From positions 3,206-67,205 of the IMG/VR virus record IMGVR_UViG_3300044612_002737: a stretch of 64,000 nucleotides of DNA. The stretch is one strand, 5' to 3'. Of this stretch, positions 7,487 through 16,442 are shown one piece after another (within the stretch, counting starts at the first letter, position 1; each line of letters starts with the position of its first letter). The position numbers and the translations under genes are program-made. The notes below the pieces were generated by a model. The model made no database searches. It worked only from the letters and a program-made list of their open reading frames with translations, and was not told the DNA's origin. The stretch comes from a virus.

Positions 7487-9129
7487 TCCCGTGCGATGGG
7501 CTTGAAGATGCTGCGCGACGATGCGCGCTCATGGTGCTTGAAACGGTCGAGGTCCGCAATGGTAACGCGGGGTCCATCGCCCTGCGGCGCGTAGTCGCGG
7601 GTCTGCGCGGGCTCCTCGTCGCTCGTGAAGCGACGACGGCTCAGGATGTCGGCGGCCATGACCGCGGTGCGCGCGAGGTCGAAGTGGTGCGTCGTGCCGT
7701 CGCTGTTGCTGCTGCGCTTGGTCCGGTCGCCGTCGTAGTTGATGAGCTGGTGGAGCAGCGGCTTGCTGCACAGCGTGAGCTCGTTGTCGCGAAGCATGCG
7801 GACGAGGCGGGCCTCGCCTTCTTGCACGCGCTTCTCGGTGGCGTACCAGCCGGGGTGGTTTCGGTCGGTCCACAGCAGGTTCTTCGCGCCCTTGTCCTTG
7901 AGCATCGCGATGCACGCCGCGGCGTTGCTTTCGACGGCCAGCAGGGCGCCGTTGAAGAAGCGCTGGAGGTTCAGCAGGCGCTCGGCGAAGCGACCCGGAT
8001 CCTCGCGGCCTTCCCACACCGCCACCTCGCGACGCTCGACCGCGTCCCACACCGTCACGGCGCTGTTGTCGCCGACGGCGCCGAAGCCAGCCGGGTCGGC
8101 GCACACGAGGTAGGACCGGCCGCGTACCGGGCGCTCGAGCAGGCTCGCGCCCTTGGGCACAGGCTCGGGCGGCACGACCGCGTTGAGCAGGCACGCCTTC
8201 AGCACGTCGATGGGCATGACGGGAGAGCCGCTGCCCAGCCAGCCGTCGTAGGGGTCCGACGGGTACTTCGACGTGAACAGACGCTCGTCGTTGCCCATCT
8301 CCGTTTGGAGCGACAGCCGGCGAAACGCCAGGTTGTGCAGGTCCATGCCGGGGTGCCGGGCCATGTACTCGAGCTCGACGTCCGTCGGCTTCAGGCCGTG
8401 CGGATCGGAGCGGCAGCTCGGGTCGAGCCACCACTCGAGGAACACGGGGTGGAAGCGTCCCTTGCCCTCGAGGGCGTTGTGCCACATCGTCTCGTGGTGG
8501 CTGCCCGCGGTGCCAGGCGTCGACTCGAGGATGACGCGCGCGTTGATACGCTTGTTGACGGCGGGGAAGATGTTCGCTGCCGCCTTCCGCTGCCACTGCG
8601 CTTCACCGAACTCGGTGAGCAGCAGACGGTCGATGGAGCGACCGACCGCCGGGGATCGACCGCCGGCCGTCAGCACCTTGATGCCCCCACCGTGGACGAA
8701 GTGGATCTGAGTCGTGCCCGGCTTGCGCCCCGCCTCGACCGGCACGCGCACGTCGTCGGGCAGATGCTTGTAGGCGAAGAGGATGCGCTCGAAGATGTCC
8801 TCGGCGGTGTCCTGGCGCTCGGCGATCAGCACGCCCTTCACGCCCTCGAGGTACATGCAGTCGCGGAGCAGGAGCATGACGGCCGGCGTCGTGATCTTCG
8901 CCTGACGGAACTTGTCGGTCAGCACCCAGCGGTGGTCCGCGCACGCCTGCAAGAACTTCATCTGGATGTTCGTCGGCTCGAGGTAGCCGATGGACTCGTC
9001 CTCTCGGACGATCTGGCACATCGAGACGAAGGCCCACGGCGTGCTGAACATCGCCTGTACCTTGCCCATGTGAAGGCCCGGGATCTGCGCGATCTTCGCG
9101 CCACCCGGTAGACTTGACGGAGCGCTCAC
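7477..9129 (-). CDS. terL: terminase large subunit
   Basis: Variant Walker A KFRQAKITT, Walker B LLLTE, ILESTP motif, nuclease YLVCADPAG and LAVESN; GTG start chosen from GGGGAG RBS. Confidence 0.9.
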   Translation of the reverse strand: MSAPSSLPGGAKIAQIPGLHMGKVQAMFSTPWAFVSMCQIVREDESIGYLEPTNIQMKFLQACADHRWVLTDKFRQAKITTPAVMLLLRDCMYLEGVKGVLIAERQDTAEDIFERILFAYKHLPDDVRVPVEAGRKPGTTQIHFVHGGGIKVLTAGGRSPAVGRSIDRLLLTEFGEAQWQRKAAANIFPAVNKRINARVILESTPGTAGSHHETMWHNALEGKGRFHPVFLEWWLDPSCRSDPHGLKPTDVELEYMARHPGMDLHNLAFRRLSLQTEMGNDERLFTSKYPSDPYDGWLGSGSPVMPIDVLKACLLNAVVPPEPVPKGASLLERPVRGRSYLVCADPAGFGAVGDNSAVTVWDAVERREVAVWEGREDPGRFAERLLNLQRFFNGALLAVESNAAACIAMLKDKGAKNLLWTDRNHPGWYATEKRVQEGEARLVRMLRDNELTLCSKPLLHQLINYDGDRTKRSSNSDGTTHHFDLARTAVMAADILSRRRFTSDEEPAQTRDYAPQGDGPRVTIADLDRFKHHERASSRSIFKPIAREWS

Positions 9130-9178
9130 GATAGACTCCCCATATCCCATGCTAACACGGTATGGCGCGGAGGTCGAC

Positions 9179-9394
9179 ATGGCTGAGAAGTGGATCCAGG
9201 GGGCGATCAAGAACCCCGGCGCCCTTCGCGAGAAGATGGGCGTCAAGGAAGGCGAGAACATCTCCAAGGAGAAGATCTCGTCCAAGATCTCCCAGCTCGA
9301 GAAGGAAGGCGCCGGCGACAAGAAGCTCTCCGCCGCCAAGCGCACCATGCTCAAGCAGCTCGTGCTCGCGCGCACGCTCGGGAAGATGAAGTGA
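9179..9394 (+). CDS. small basic phage protein (MAEKWIQGAIKNPGALR type)
   Basis: GGAGG RBS; Lys-rich; N-terminus resembles a recurrent uncharacterised phage family. Confidence 0.75.
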   Translation: MAEKWIQGAIKNPGALREKMGVKEGENISKEKISSKISQLEKEGAGDKKLSAAKRTMLKQLVLARTLGKMK

Positions 9395-9537
9395 TCGGCC
9401 CCGACGTGCAGAACACCACCCGCCCCGACCTGAAGGGCGGCGCGAAGAACCCCCTGAAGGGCAACCCGATGGAGAAGGACTTCCGGCGCCAGATGCTCCG
9501 GCAGATCCTCGCCGACCGGATGAAGAAGGAGGGGTGA
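9391..9537 (+). CDS. hypothetical basic protein (48 aa)
   Basis: GTGA and TGATG coupling at both ends. Confidence 0.55.
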   Translation: MIGPDVQNTTRPDLKGGAKNPLKGNPMEKDFRRQMLRQILADRMKKEG

Positions 9538-9923
9538 TGGCAGACGGGAAGTACGGCCACATCAACTTCAAGCCACCCGCGTCGGTCTCGGCCGCTGCGG
9601 TGCGCGGTCTCATGCTGCGTCGCGACCAGTCGAAGTCCCAGAAGGCGGGCCTCGATGCGAAGCAGGCGTCGGCGCAGGGCATCGGCTCCGGCGTCCAGCG
9701 GGCCGCGAACCTGAAGAACCGCTCCACGATGGACCCGTCCACCGTGAAGCGGATGAAGGCGTACTTCGACCGCCACGCCAGCAACTACCAGCTCGACGCC
9801 GGCAAGAGCCCCAAGGAAGACAAGGGCTACGTCGCCGGTCTGCTGTGGGGCGGTGAAGCCGGGAAGTCGTGGGCCAACAAGGTCGTCCGCCAGATGGAGG
9901 CGGCCGACCAGCGGGGGAAGTGA
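9537..9923 (+). CDS. uncharacterised basic head-region protein
   Basis: TVKRMKAYFDRH..LLWGGEAGKSWA motif of a recurrent phage family. Confidence 0.75.
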   Translation: MADGKYGHINFKPPASVSAAAVRGLMLRRDQSKSQKAGLDAKQASAQGIGSGVQRAANLKNRSTMDPSTVKRMKAYFDRHASNYQLDAGKSPKEDKGYVAGLLWGGEAGKSWANKVVRQMEAADQRGK

Positions 9924-10345
9924 TGGACCGTCGTGCGGCGCTGAAGCAGGTCTACTCGAACCCCGAGCTCCGTGAGCGGATCAAGTCACGCATCATGGCT
10001 GGCAGCAAGGGCGGCAAGCCCGGCCAGTGGTCTGCGCGGAAGGCGCAGATGGTGGCGCAGGAGTACAAGAAGGCCGGCGGCAAGTACAAGAGCGGCCCGT
10101 CCGGTGCGCAGAAGAGCCTGAAGCGCTGGACGAAGCAGGAGTGGCGCACGCCCTCGGGCAAGCCTAGCGTCCAGGGACCGAAGGCGACCGGCGAGGTCTA
10201 CGCGCCGAAGAAGGCCATCGAGAAGCTCCGCTCCACCCCAGGCGGCATGGCGAAGCTCGCCGCCGCTACGCGTGAGAAGCGCGAGGCCGGGAAGAAGGGC
10301 GAGCAGTTCGCCCGCCACGGCCTGCACAAGGGCGCCGACCGCTAG
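9923..10345 (+). CDS. DUF5872-like basic protein
   Basis: PELRERIKSRIMAGSKGGKPGQWSARKAQ..YKKAGGKY..SLKRWTKQEW. Confidence 0.8.
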   Translation: MDRRAALKQVYSNPELRERIKSRIMAGSKGGKPGQWSARKAQMVAQEYKKAGGKYKSGPSGAQKSLKRWTKQEWRTPSGKPSVQGPKATGEVYAPKKAIEKLRSTPGGMAKLAAATREKREAGKKGEQFARHGLHKGADR

Positions 10346-10521
10346 CAAGAACTGTCTACTGACGGCTCCGCGGTAGACACTTCTTGCGCTCGCCCATCGA
10401 CCTGCCGCAGCCGCCTTCGGGCGAGCCGGCGGGTCTTCTGCTTGTCCGCGAGCTCGACGCAGCACGGGCAAGTCTGCCCACCCTTGCGCCACCCCGTGAT
10501 GTGTCTCTTAAACTCATCCAT
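10342..10521 (-). CDS. possible small CPCC-motif basic protein
   Basis: Fills the intergenic gap; weak RBS. Confidence 0.3.
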   Translation of the reverse strand: MDEFKRHITGWRKGGQTCPCCVELADKQKTRRLARRRLRQVDGRAQEVSTAEPSVDSSC

Positions 10522-10575
10522 ACGCGGACCCTCGCACCCCGCTCCCATAACGTGAAATAAATCTTATGCAACCCC

Positions 10576-10604
10576 TTGCGCGATAATACCCACAGCGGTA
10601 TTCT
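10576..10604 (+). promoter_or_regulatory. capsid operon promoter TTGCGC-N17-TATTCT
   Basis: 17-bp spacer; AT-rich upstream tract 10554-10568. Confidence 0.6.
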
Positions 10605-10610
10605 CCTCGT

Positions 10611-10751
10611 GCACCCCTCAGAAGGTTTCGGGTAGCCCGTAAGGGTCCGGGGCGAGACGAGCGGGCAGGCGCAGCCCCCGAACTTCAACGTTCCTTCGAC
10701 CTGGCCGGTCGGAGCCGCTAGCGCGTCTGCCCCCGGCCCACGGAGTCCAAG
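10611..10751 (+). promoter_or_regulatory. structured 5' leader of the capsid gene
   Basis: 10621-32 pairs with 10677-86; GTAA tetraloop 10636-45; 10663-72 pairs with 10723-32. Confidence 0.45.
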
Positions 10752-11807
10752 ATGGCGATCTCTACCGAAATCCTCAACACCACGTTCGCGGACCTCCGCG
10801 GGCCGCTCATCAACTCCTTCGTTCGCTCGAACGAGCTGCTCGACGCGCTCATGAGCAAGGCCCGCATGCCCTCCGAGGGCGGCAGCCTGATCGAGCGTTC
10901 CTTCGCCGGTGGCGCCCCCGCCCGCGGCGTGGGTGTGTTCGTCGGTGACGAGCTCCTCAACATGACGCGCCGTCAGCAGACCAAGCGCTTCCAGGTTGAG
11001 CCGCACCGTATCGTCGCGGCGATCAACATCCCGAAGAAGGAGCTCCTCTTCAACAGCGGCAAGCTCGCTGTGATCCGGCTCATCGAGGAGTACCCCCAGA
11101 CCACCCTCGAGGGTGCGAAGGCCGACCTCAACAAGTTCCTGCTCACCGGCGTGAGCCGCGGCCTCGTCTTCCAGACGGCGGACCTCGCGGGCTTCCTCAG
11201 CCTGAACGGCAGCTTCGCGGCGGGCTCCGGCACCGGCGTGACGAACGGCCTCCTCGACTTCGTGGCTCCGGGCTCGCAGATCGACGTGGTCCAGAACGTG
11301 GCGAAGAGCACCAGCTACAGCCACTTCAACCAGTTCAACAACATCACGAGCTGGGCCACGGACGGTCTCCCCACCCTCCGCAAGACCTACCGCCAGTGCG
11401 CCCACTACGCGGGTGGCATGGGCAAGGGTCCCGACCTCGTGGTGATGGACGACGACACCTACACCAACTTCGAGGACAGCCGCCTGTCCCTCGTGCGCGT
11501 GACGCTCGTCGAGGACAAGACCGAGAAGAGCAACACCCTCGGCCTCGACCTCGGCGTGGCGAAGGTGTACAGCTCCATCGACCTCAACCGCGCGGACATG
11601 GGCGCGGGCTCTGCGGCCCTCAATGGCGCGACCTACATCCTGAACACGGACTACATGGAGATGCCCCTCATGGAGGCCCCGTCCATCACGCCGTTCACCG
11701 AGCGCGTGGGCGATCAGGACGTCGTCACGGCCATCTTCTCGATGCAGGGCAACCTCATCTGCACGAAGACCCCGGCCCAGGGCTGCGTCTCCGGCGGCGC
11801 TACCTGA
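10752..11807 (+). CDS. major capsid protein (351 aa)
   Basis: Size, strong codon bias, position, GPDLVVMD..Y..F motif and GNL..T..P..QG C-terminus. Confidence 0.85.
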   Translation: MAISTEILNTTFADLRGPLINSFVRSNELLDALMSKARMPSEGGSLIERSFAGGAPARGVGVFVGDELLNMTRRQQTKRFQVEPHRIVAAINIPKKELLFNSGKLAVIRLIEEYPQTTLEGAKADLNKFLLTGVSRGLVFQTADLAGFLSLNGSFAAGSGTGVTNGLLDFVAPGSQIDVVQNVAKSTSYSHFNQFNNITSWATDGLPTLRKTYRQCAHYAGGMGKGPDLVVMDDDTYTNFEDSRLSLVRVTLVEDKTEKSNTLGLDLGVAKVYSSIDLNRADMGAGSAALNGATYILNTDYMEMPLMEAPSITPFTERVGDQDVVTAIFSMQGNLICTKTPAQGCVSGGAT

Positions 11808-11849
11808 TCGCCGTAGGCTTCAACCCCATCTTCATCTAGGAGGTTTCTC

Positions 11850-12326
11850 ATGTCCTTCGCAAACAACCAGGTCTTCGGTGATGACGTCACCGCCGTTTAC
11901 GCTACCGAGGTTTACCCCCTCGGCACCGAGCGCCTCGTCCTCGGCTCCCAGACGGGTGTCGGCGACCAGGTCTGGATCTTCGTCAAGACCGACGGCGATC
12001 TGGTGGCCGGTGACGTGCTCCAGCGCAAGCTCACCTCGACCAACGGCAACGTCTCCCCGTCCGTGGGCACCGGTGCGCAGAACGCCGCGACCTTCGCGGG
12101 CGTGGCGGGCGGCACGGTGACCGCGGCGACGGCTCCGTACTGCTGGATCATCAAGCGCGGTGTGGTGTCGGCCAAGTCGGCCGCGGCCACGGCGGACAAC
12201 TTCCTCGTCGTCGGCGTCACGGCGAAGTCGGTCACCACGACCAGCTCCGCCACCACGGCTTCGTTCGGGTACGCGTTCGCCGCCAACTCGGGCGGGTTCG
12301 TCTCCTGCTACATCAGCGCTCTCTGA
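11850..12326 (+). CDS. capsid decoration/cement protein
   Basis: Follows MCP; AGGAGG RBS; YPLGTER motif; A/T/G-rich. Confidence 0.7.
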   Translation: MSFANNQVFGDDVTAVYATEVYPLGTERLVLGSQTGVGDQVWIFVKTDGDLVAGDVLQRKLTSTNGNVSPSVGTGAQNAATFAGVAGGTVTAATAPYCWIIKRGVVSAKSAAATADNFLVVGVTAKSVTTTSSATTASFGYAFAANSGGFVSCYISAL

Positions 12327-12369
12327 GCACTGATGTGGTAGGCTAGGCCAGAACAGTTAGGAGGCGGGC

Positions 12370-13884
12370 ATGGACACTTCGCTTGGAGCGCTTCGCGCCC
12401 GCCTCTTCAACTTCCGGGCCTGGGACAGCACGGGCACGACCCTCGACAACCGGATCCGAGAGGCGATGAACACCGCCCTCGACCGGATCTCGGGGGACGT
12501 GCCCGAAGCTGTTATTCCCGACGACGAACACGTCGTCCTTCTCCCCGACGCCATCGGGGAAGATGCCGCGGTGCAAGCGCGGCTCGCTACGACCTCGGAC
12601 ACTCGTGTCCTCGAGTTCGTCACCACTTCTGGCGCTCCCCTCTCAGGGTCGAGCCCCTGGCTGCCCACCGTCGACGGGACGTGGGACGGCATCATGCACT
12701 TCGAGCTCAAGGACTCGAGCGGCCAGCGCCATCGGCGCCAGAGCCGCGAGTTCTGGATCCAGAAGCCCGGCGGTGGGTCACCCGACCGCTACTACGTGAC
12801 CATCGACCGGCCGTGGACGTCGGGCGTCGAGACGGGCATGCCGTTCCGCATGTACCAGCCCGAGTTCTTCGTCACCGACGACGTGACGCGGGTCCTCGAG
12901 CCGGCGCGCATCTACGACGAGACCCGGCAGCAGGTTTGGGCCATCGACACGGGTGGGGCCTACCGTCAGGACATGACGGACTTCCTCGGCGAGGACAAGG
13001 GCCGCCCCTACCGGTTCTGGCGCGGTCGCCACTTCCAGCTCCCCGCTCCGACGACTGCGCCGACGGCGGACGCCGGCACCCAGGGCGTCAACCCCTGGCT
13101 CGGCCCGGAGTGGGAAGGCACGTTCCGCTTCGTCTACACCTACGTCTGGGGTCGCAAGGACCCGGAGTGGCAGACGTCGCCCGGTACGAGCACGTCGTCG
13201 AACGGCATCTTCGACCCGCAGTGGGAGAGCGCCCCGTCGCCGGTCAGCGCGTCCTACGTGCAGACGGGCGCGACGGCGGCCCTCGCCATCAAGATCACCG
13301 GCTCGAACATCGACGCCATGATGGACTTCGGCGACAGCACGACGCTCCGCTACAGCCGTAGCGGGATGCGCCTGCGCATCTACGTGGCGCGTGACGCGGT
13401 GGCGACGACGAACACCTACGGCACCGGCTTCAACCGGGTCGAGACGAACGGCAAGTTCTACCTCCTCGCTGAGGTCGAGCCGACGTCTGGAACCTACACA
13501 TGGACCGGCGAGCGCGTCCCCGACTACGAGCGCGAGCTTCGGCACAGCACCGGCTACTACTCGTACAGCGTCTTCCCGCATCAGGACGACCGCTACGAGC
13601 TCGACTTTCGCGTGCAGCGCCTGCCGAAGGCCCTGAAGAACGACCAGGACACCGTGCCGATCCAGCGCGACGCCGTGATGCCGTACATCGAGCTCTCGCT
13701 GTACTATATGTGCCTGCTCGACGGCGTCGACCAGACCGGCGCGCAGGTCCACCTCTCTCGCTACAACGAGCTGTGCCGGCACTTCCGAAAGCGGTACGCC
13801 AACCCCGGAGGCGCGGTCGACCCCGTCCCGCTCACCGGCTACCAGTCTCGTTTCCGCTTCGGTAGATATTCGAACACTAGCTGA
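12370..13884 (+). CDS. putative head-tail adaptor (tail tubular protein A-like)
   Basis: Position after capsid genes; SLGALRARL..MNTALDRI start; AGGAGG RBS. Confidence 0.6.
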   Translation: MDTSLGALRARLFNFRAWDSTGTTLDNRIREAMNTALDRISGDVPEAVIPDDEHVVLLPDAIGEDAAVQARLATTSDTRVLEFVTTSGAPLSGSSPWLPTVDGTWDGIMHFELKDSSGQRHRRQSREFWIQKPGGGSPDRYYVTIDRPWTSGVETGMPFRMYQPEFFVTDDVTRVLEPARIYDETRQQVWAIDTGGAYRQDMTDFLGEDKGRPYRFWRGRHFQLPAPTTAPTADAGTQGVNPWLGPEWEGTFRFVYTYVWGRKDPEWQTSPGTSTSSNGIFDPQWESAPSPVSASYVQTGATAALAIKITGSNIDAMMDFGDSTTLRYSRSGMRLRIYVARDAVATTNTYGTGFNRVETNGKFYLLAEVEPTSGTYTWTGERVPDYERELRHSTGYYSYSVFPHQDDRYELDFRVQRLPKALKNDQDTVPIQRDAVMPYIELSLYYMCLLDGVDQTGAQVHLSRYNELCRHFRKRYANPGGAVDPVPLTGYQSRFRFGRYSNTS

Positions 13885-13925
13885 CGCCTCGTGTTATACC
13901 GTACAGGCAACCCGAGGAGTCCCTC

Positions 13926-14345
13926 ATGCCCCAGACCACCAAGTTCTCGCGTCCCGATCTCGGCGACGTCTTCGTTCGGCGCAACCTCAACGGCAACGAC
14001 GAGGAGGCCATGATCCTCTGCGTCCAGACGAAGCCCAACGGGCAGCTCTGGCAGGCGGTCATGTCGACGAAGAACGGCACCGAGTTCGTCACCGGCGACG
14101 CCGAGTTCCGCAACATCCACGACTGGCGCCCCAAGGGCTGGCTCTACGACGAGACCACCGGTGCGTGGTTCTCGCCCGCGGACAAGGCGAAGCTCGACAC
14201 CGAGCGCGCCGCGGCGGCGGCCACCAAGGAGCCGGAGACCAAGGACGAGTTCATCGTCGCTGATGCGTCCGAGATCACCAACGCGGTCACCAAGAAGCGC
14301 AGCACCATCCCGCTGCCGAAGGTGAGCGCACCGCCCCAGGTGTAG
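13926..14345 (+). CDS. hypothetical protein (139 aa)
   Basis: GAGGAG RBS; own putative -10. Confidence 0.7.
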   Translation: MPQTTKFSRPDLGDVFVRRNLNGNDEEAMILCVQTKPNGQLWQAVMSTKNGTEFVTGDAEFRNIHDWRPKGWLYDETTGAWFSPADKAKLDTERAAAAATKEPETKDEFIVADASEITNAVTKKRSTIPLPKVSAPPQV

Positions 14346-14348
14346 TAC

Positions 14349-16442
14349 ATGGCCGGTCCCGACAACCAGCGCAGCGCCAACTTCGTCATTCCGGCGGGTG
14401 AGAGCTCGCTCAACTACACGGCGAAGGCGCTCACCCAGAAGATCGTCAACTTCGAGTTCACGATCAAGCGCACGCTGGCGACGACTGTCGGGCCGACCAT
14501 CTACGAGCCAGACCGGCCGACCACGCCTGACCCGGCGCTCGTGTTTGGGGAGATGCACGGCATCTTCCACACGACGCTGCTGGGCGGGCAGATGGACCTG
14601 CTGCTGGTTCGCAGCGGGACCAAGCTCTTCCGCCACGCCGGCTGGCAGCGTGGCTGGGAGGAGCTCTACACGGGCCTCACCTCGGACACTCGAGGTGGGG
14701 CGTTCCCCGACCAGTTTGTCGTGGTGAGCGACAAGGTCGTTTGGACGAACGGCATCGACGAGCCGCTCATCATCGACGCGCACGGCAACGCGACCCCTCT
14801 GGGGTTCAACATCGCGCCGTCCCCGCCCTCGGTCTACGGCCCGGGCCAGTTCGCCGCCACCAGCTTCTTCTACCCGAACGCCAGCGGCTACTCGTGGAAG
14901 GGCGACATCGGCACGCCAGGTGACGTGCTGAGCGGGACGCAGGGCGCTGTGCTCGATGGCGCTTGGTACTACTACGCCCAGTTCGAGGACATCTACGGCA
15001 ACATGAGCCCGCCGTCGCCGATCTCGAACGCGGCGTGGATCCGCACGGTTCAGGCCGACCCGTACAGCCCGAAGGCTGGTGGCGAGACAACCGGTGCGAC
15101 CATCGACGACCTGACCCGGCAGTTCTTCATCCGGCTCACGTCGACCGGGCCGGAGCACACGGCCGCGACGCACATCTTCCGCACCCCGGACACGCGCCGC
15201 GCATCCACGAAGCCGCGGCAGCTCGTTCGTCTGGCGGGCCGCGAGCCGTCCATCTTCGGTGACCGCCGCGCGGACAGCGATCTCGGCGACGAAATGGAGA
15301 TGACCGTTGCGGTGCCGACGTTCCGCACGATGTGCGTTCACGAGGGGCGTCTCGTCATCGCGAACACGCCGGCCGACCCAGGCATCGTCCGCATCTCCGA
15401 GCCGGGGTTCGCGGGCACGTTCCTCGCCGACAACTTCAGCTACCCCGACGTCCACGGAGCTGACGTGATCGCGGTGGCATCCCACATGGGGATGCTCCTC
15501 GCCTTCACCGAGGGCGCGGTCTACGACATCACGCCAGACCCGCAGACTGGAACCCTCACCACGGGCCGCACGCTCATCCAGGGCATCGGCTGCACGGCGC
15601 CACGCAGCATCTCGGCGCTCTACAACGGCTTCCTCATCTTCCTCGGGCGCGACGGTTTCTACTCCTGCGACGCGCGCGGGAGCATCAAGCTGATCAGCGA
15701 CGACATCCACAAGGTCCTCAACTACGACATGAACACGTCGAAGTTCAGGAAGGCCGTGTCCGTCGTTGACCCGGTGAGCCGCGAGTACCACTGCGCCGTG
15801 CCCATCGCCGGCACGCCGGAGAACCGCATCACGTTCTGCTACGACGGGCAGAACTGGCGGCGCCACGACTTCGAGAGCCTGTCCATCGACGACATCACGA
15901 TCACCGAGGACTACCGCCAGCTCGTCCTGTTCGTGGGCAAGACCATCGGCTCCGTGAACCCGGCGTGGAACGTCTTCGTTAAGGACCGTGAAACGTCCAA
16001 CTACGAGGTCCCGAGCCGCAAGGCGTACTACCGCTCGGGCTGGTTCTTCGGGGACGACACGGGCAGCACCTTCCTGCACGTTCGCACGCTCTACCTCGGC
16101 ATGCTCGACTCGTGGAACGACAAGTTCACGATCCGATTCTTCCGCAACAACTCGTGGAAGCCGGTCATCGAGATGACGGACGTGCTCGCCATCGGCGTCG
16201 ACGACGACAGCGACATGGTTCGCGACGTGGCCGGCTCGGCGATCATCGGACAGGCCCGCGTCCACGAGCCTCGTCTCTTCTGGCGCATGGTGCCGGTCGG
16301 CCTCGAGAACGCCTACTCGTGGGCCTTCGAGATCGAGGCGACCTACCCGACGCGCCTCAACCTGGCATCTGTCGCCTACGACGTCAGCGCGGCGTCTGGC
16401 GGCAACAACCGCGGCCGCGTGCCGCTGCGAGCCGACGTATGA
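14349..16442 (+). CDS. tail nozzle / DNA stabilisation protein (P22 gp10 or tubular protein B-like)
   Basis: HEGRLVIA, LLAFTEGAVY, IGCTAPRSI, LIFLGRDGFY motifs. Confidence 0.75.
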   Translation: MAGPDNQRSANFVIPAGESSLNYTAKALTQKIVNFEFTIKRTLATTVGPTIYEPDRPTTPDPALVFGEMHGIFHTTLLGGQMDLLLVRSGTKLFRHAGWQRGWEELYTGLTSDTRGGAFPDQFVVVSDKVVWTNGIDEPLIIDAHGNATPLGFNIAPSPPSVYGPGQFAATSFFYPNASGYSWKGDIGTPGDVLSGTQGAVLDGAWYYYAQFEDIYGNMSPPSPISNAAWIRTVQADPYSPKAGGETTGATIDDLTRQFFIRLTSTGPEHTAATHIFRTPDTRRASTKPRQLVRLAGREPSIFGDRRADSDLGDEMEMTVAVPTFRTMCVHEGRLVIANTPADPGIVRISEPGFAGTFLADNFSYPDVHGADVIAVASHMGMLLAFTEGAVYDITPDPQTGTLTTGRTLIQGIGCTAPRSISALYNGFLIFLGRDGFYSCDARGSIKLISDDIHKVLNYDMNTSKFRKAVSVVDPVSREYHCAVPIAGTPENRITFCYDGQNWRRHDFESLSIDDITITEDYRQLVLFVGKTIGSVNPAWNVFVKDRETSNYEVPSRKAYYRSGWFFGDDTGSTFLHVRTLYLGMLDSWNDKFTIRFFRNNSWKPVIEMTDVLAIGVDDDSDMVRDVAGSAIIGQARVHEPRLFWRMVPVGLENAYSWAFEIEATYPTRLNLASVAYDVSAASGGNNRGRVPLRADV

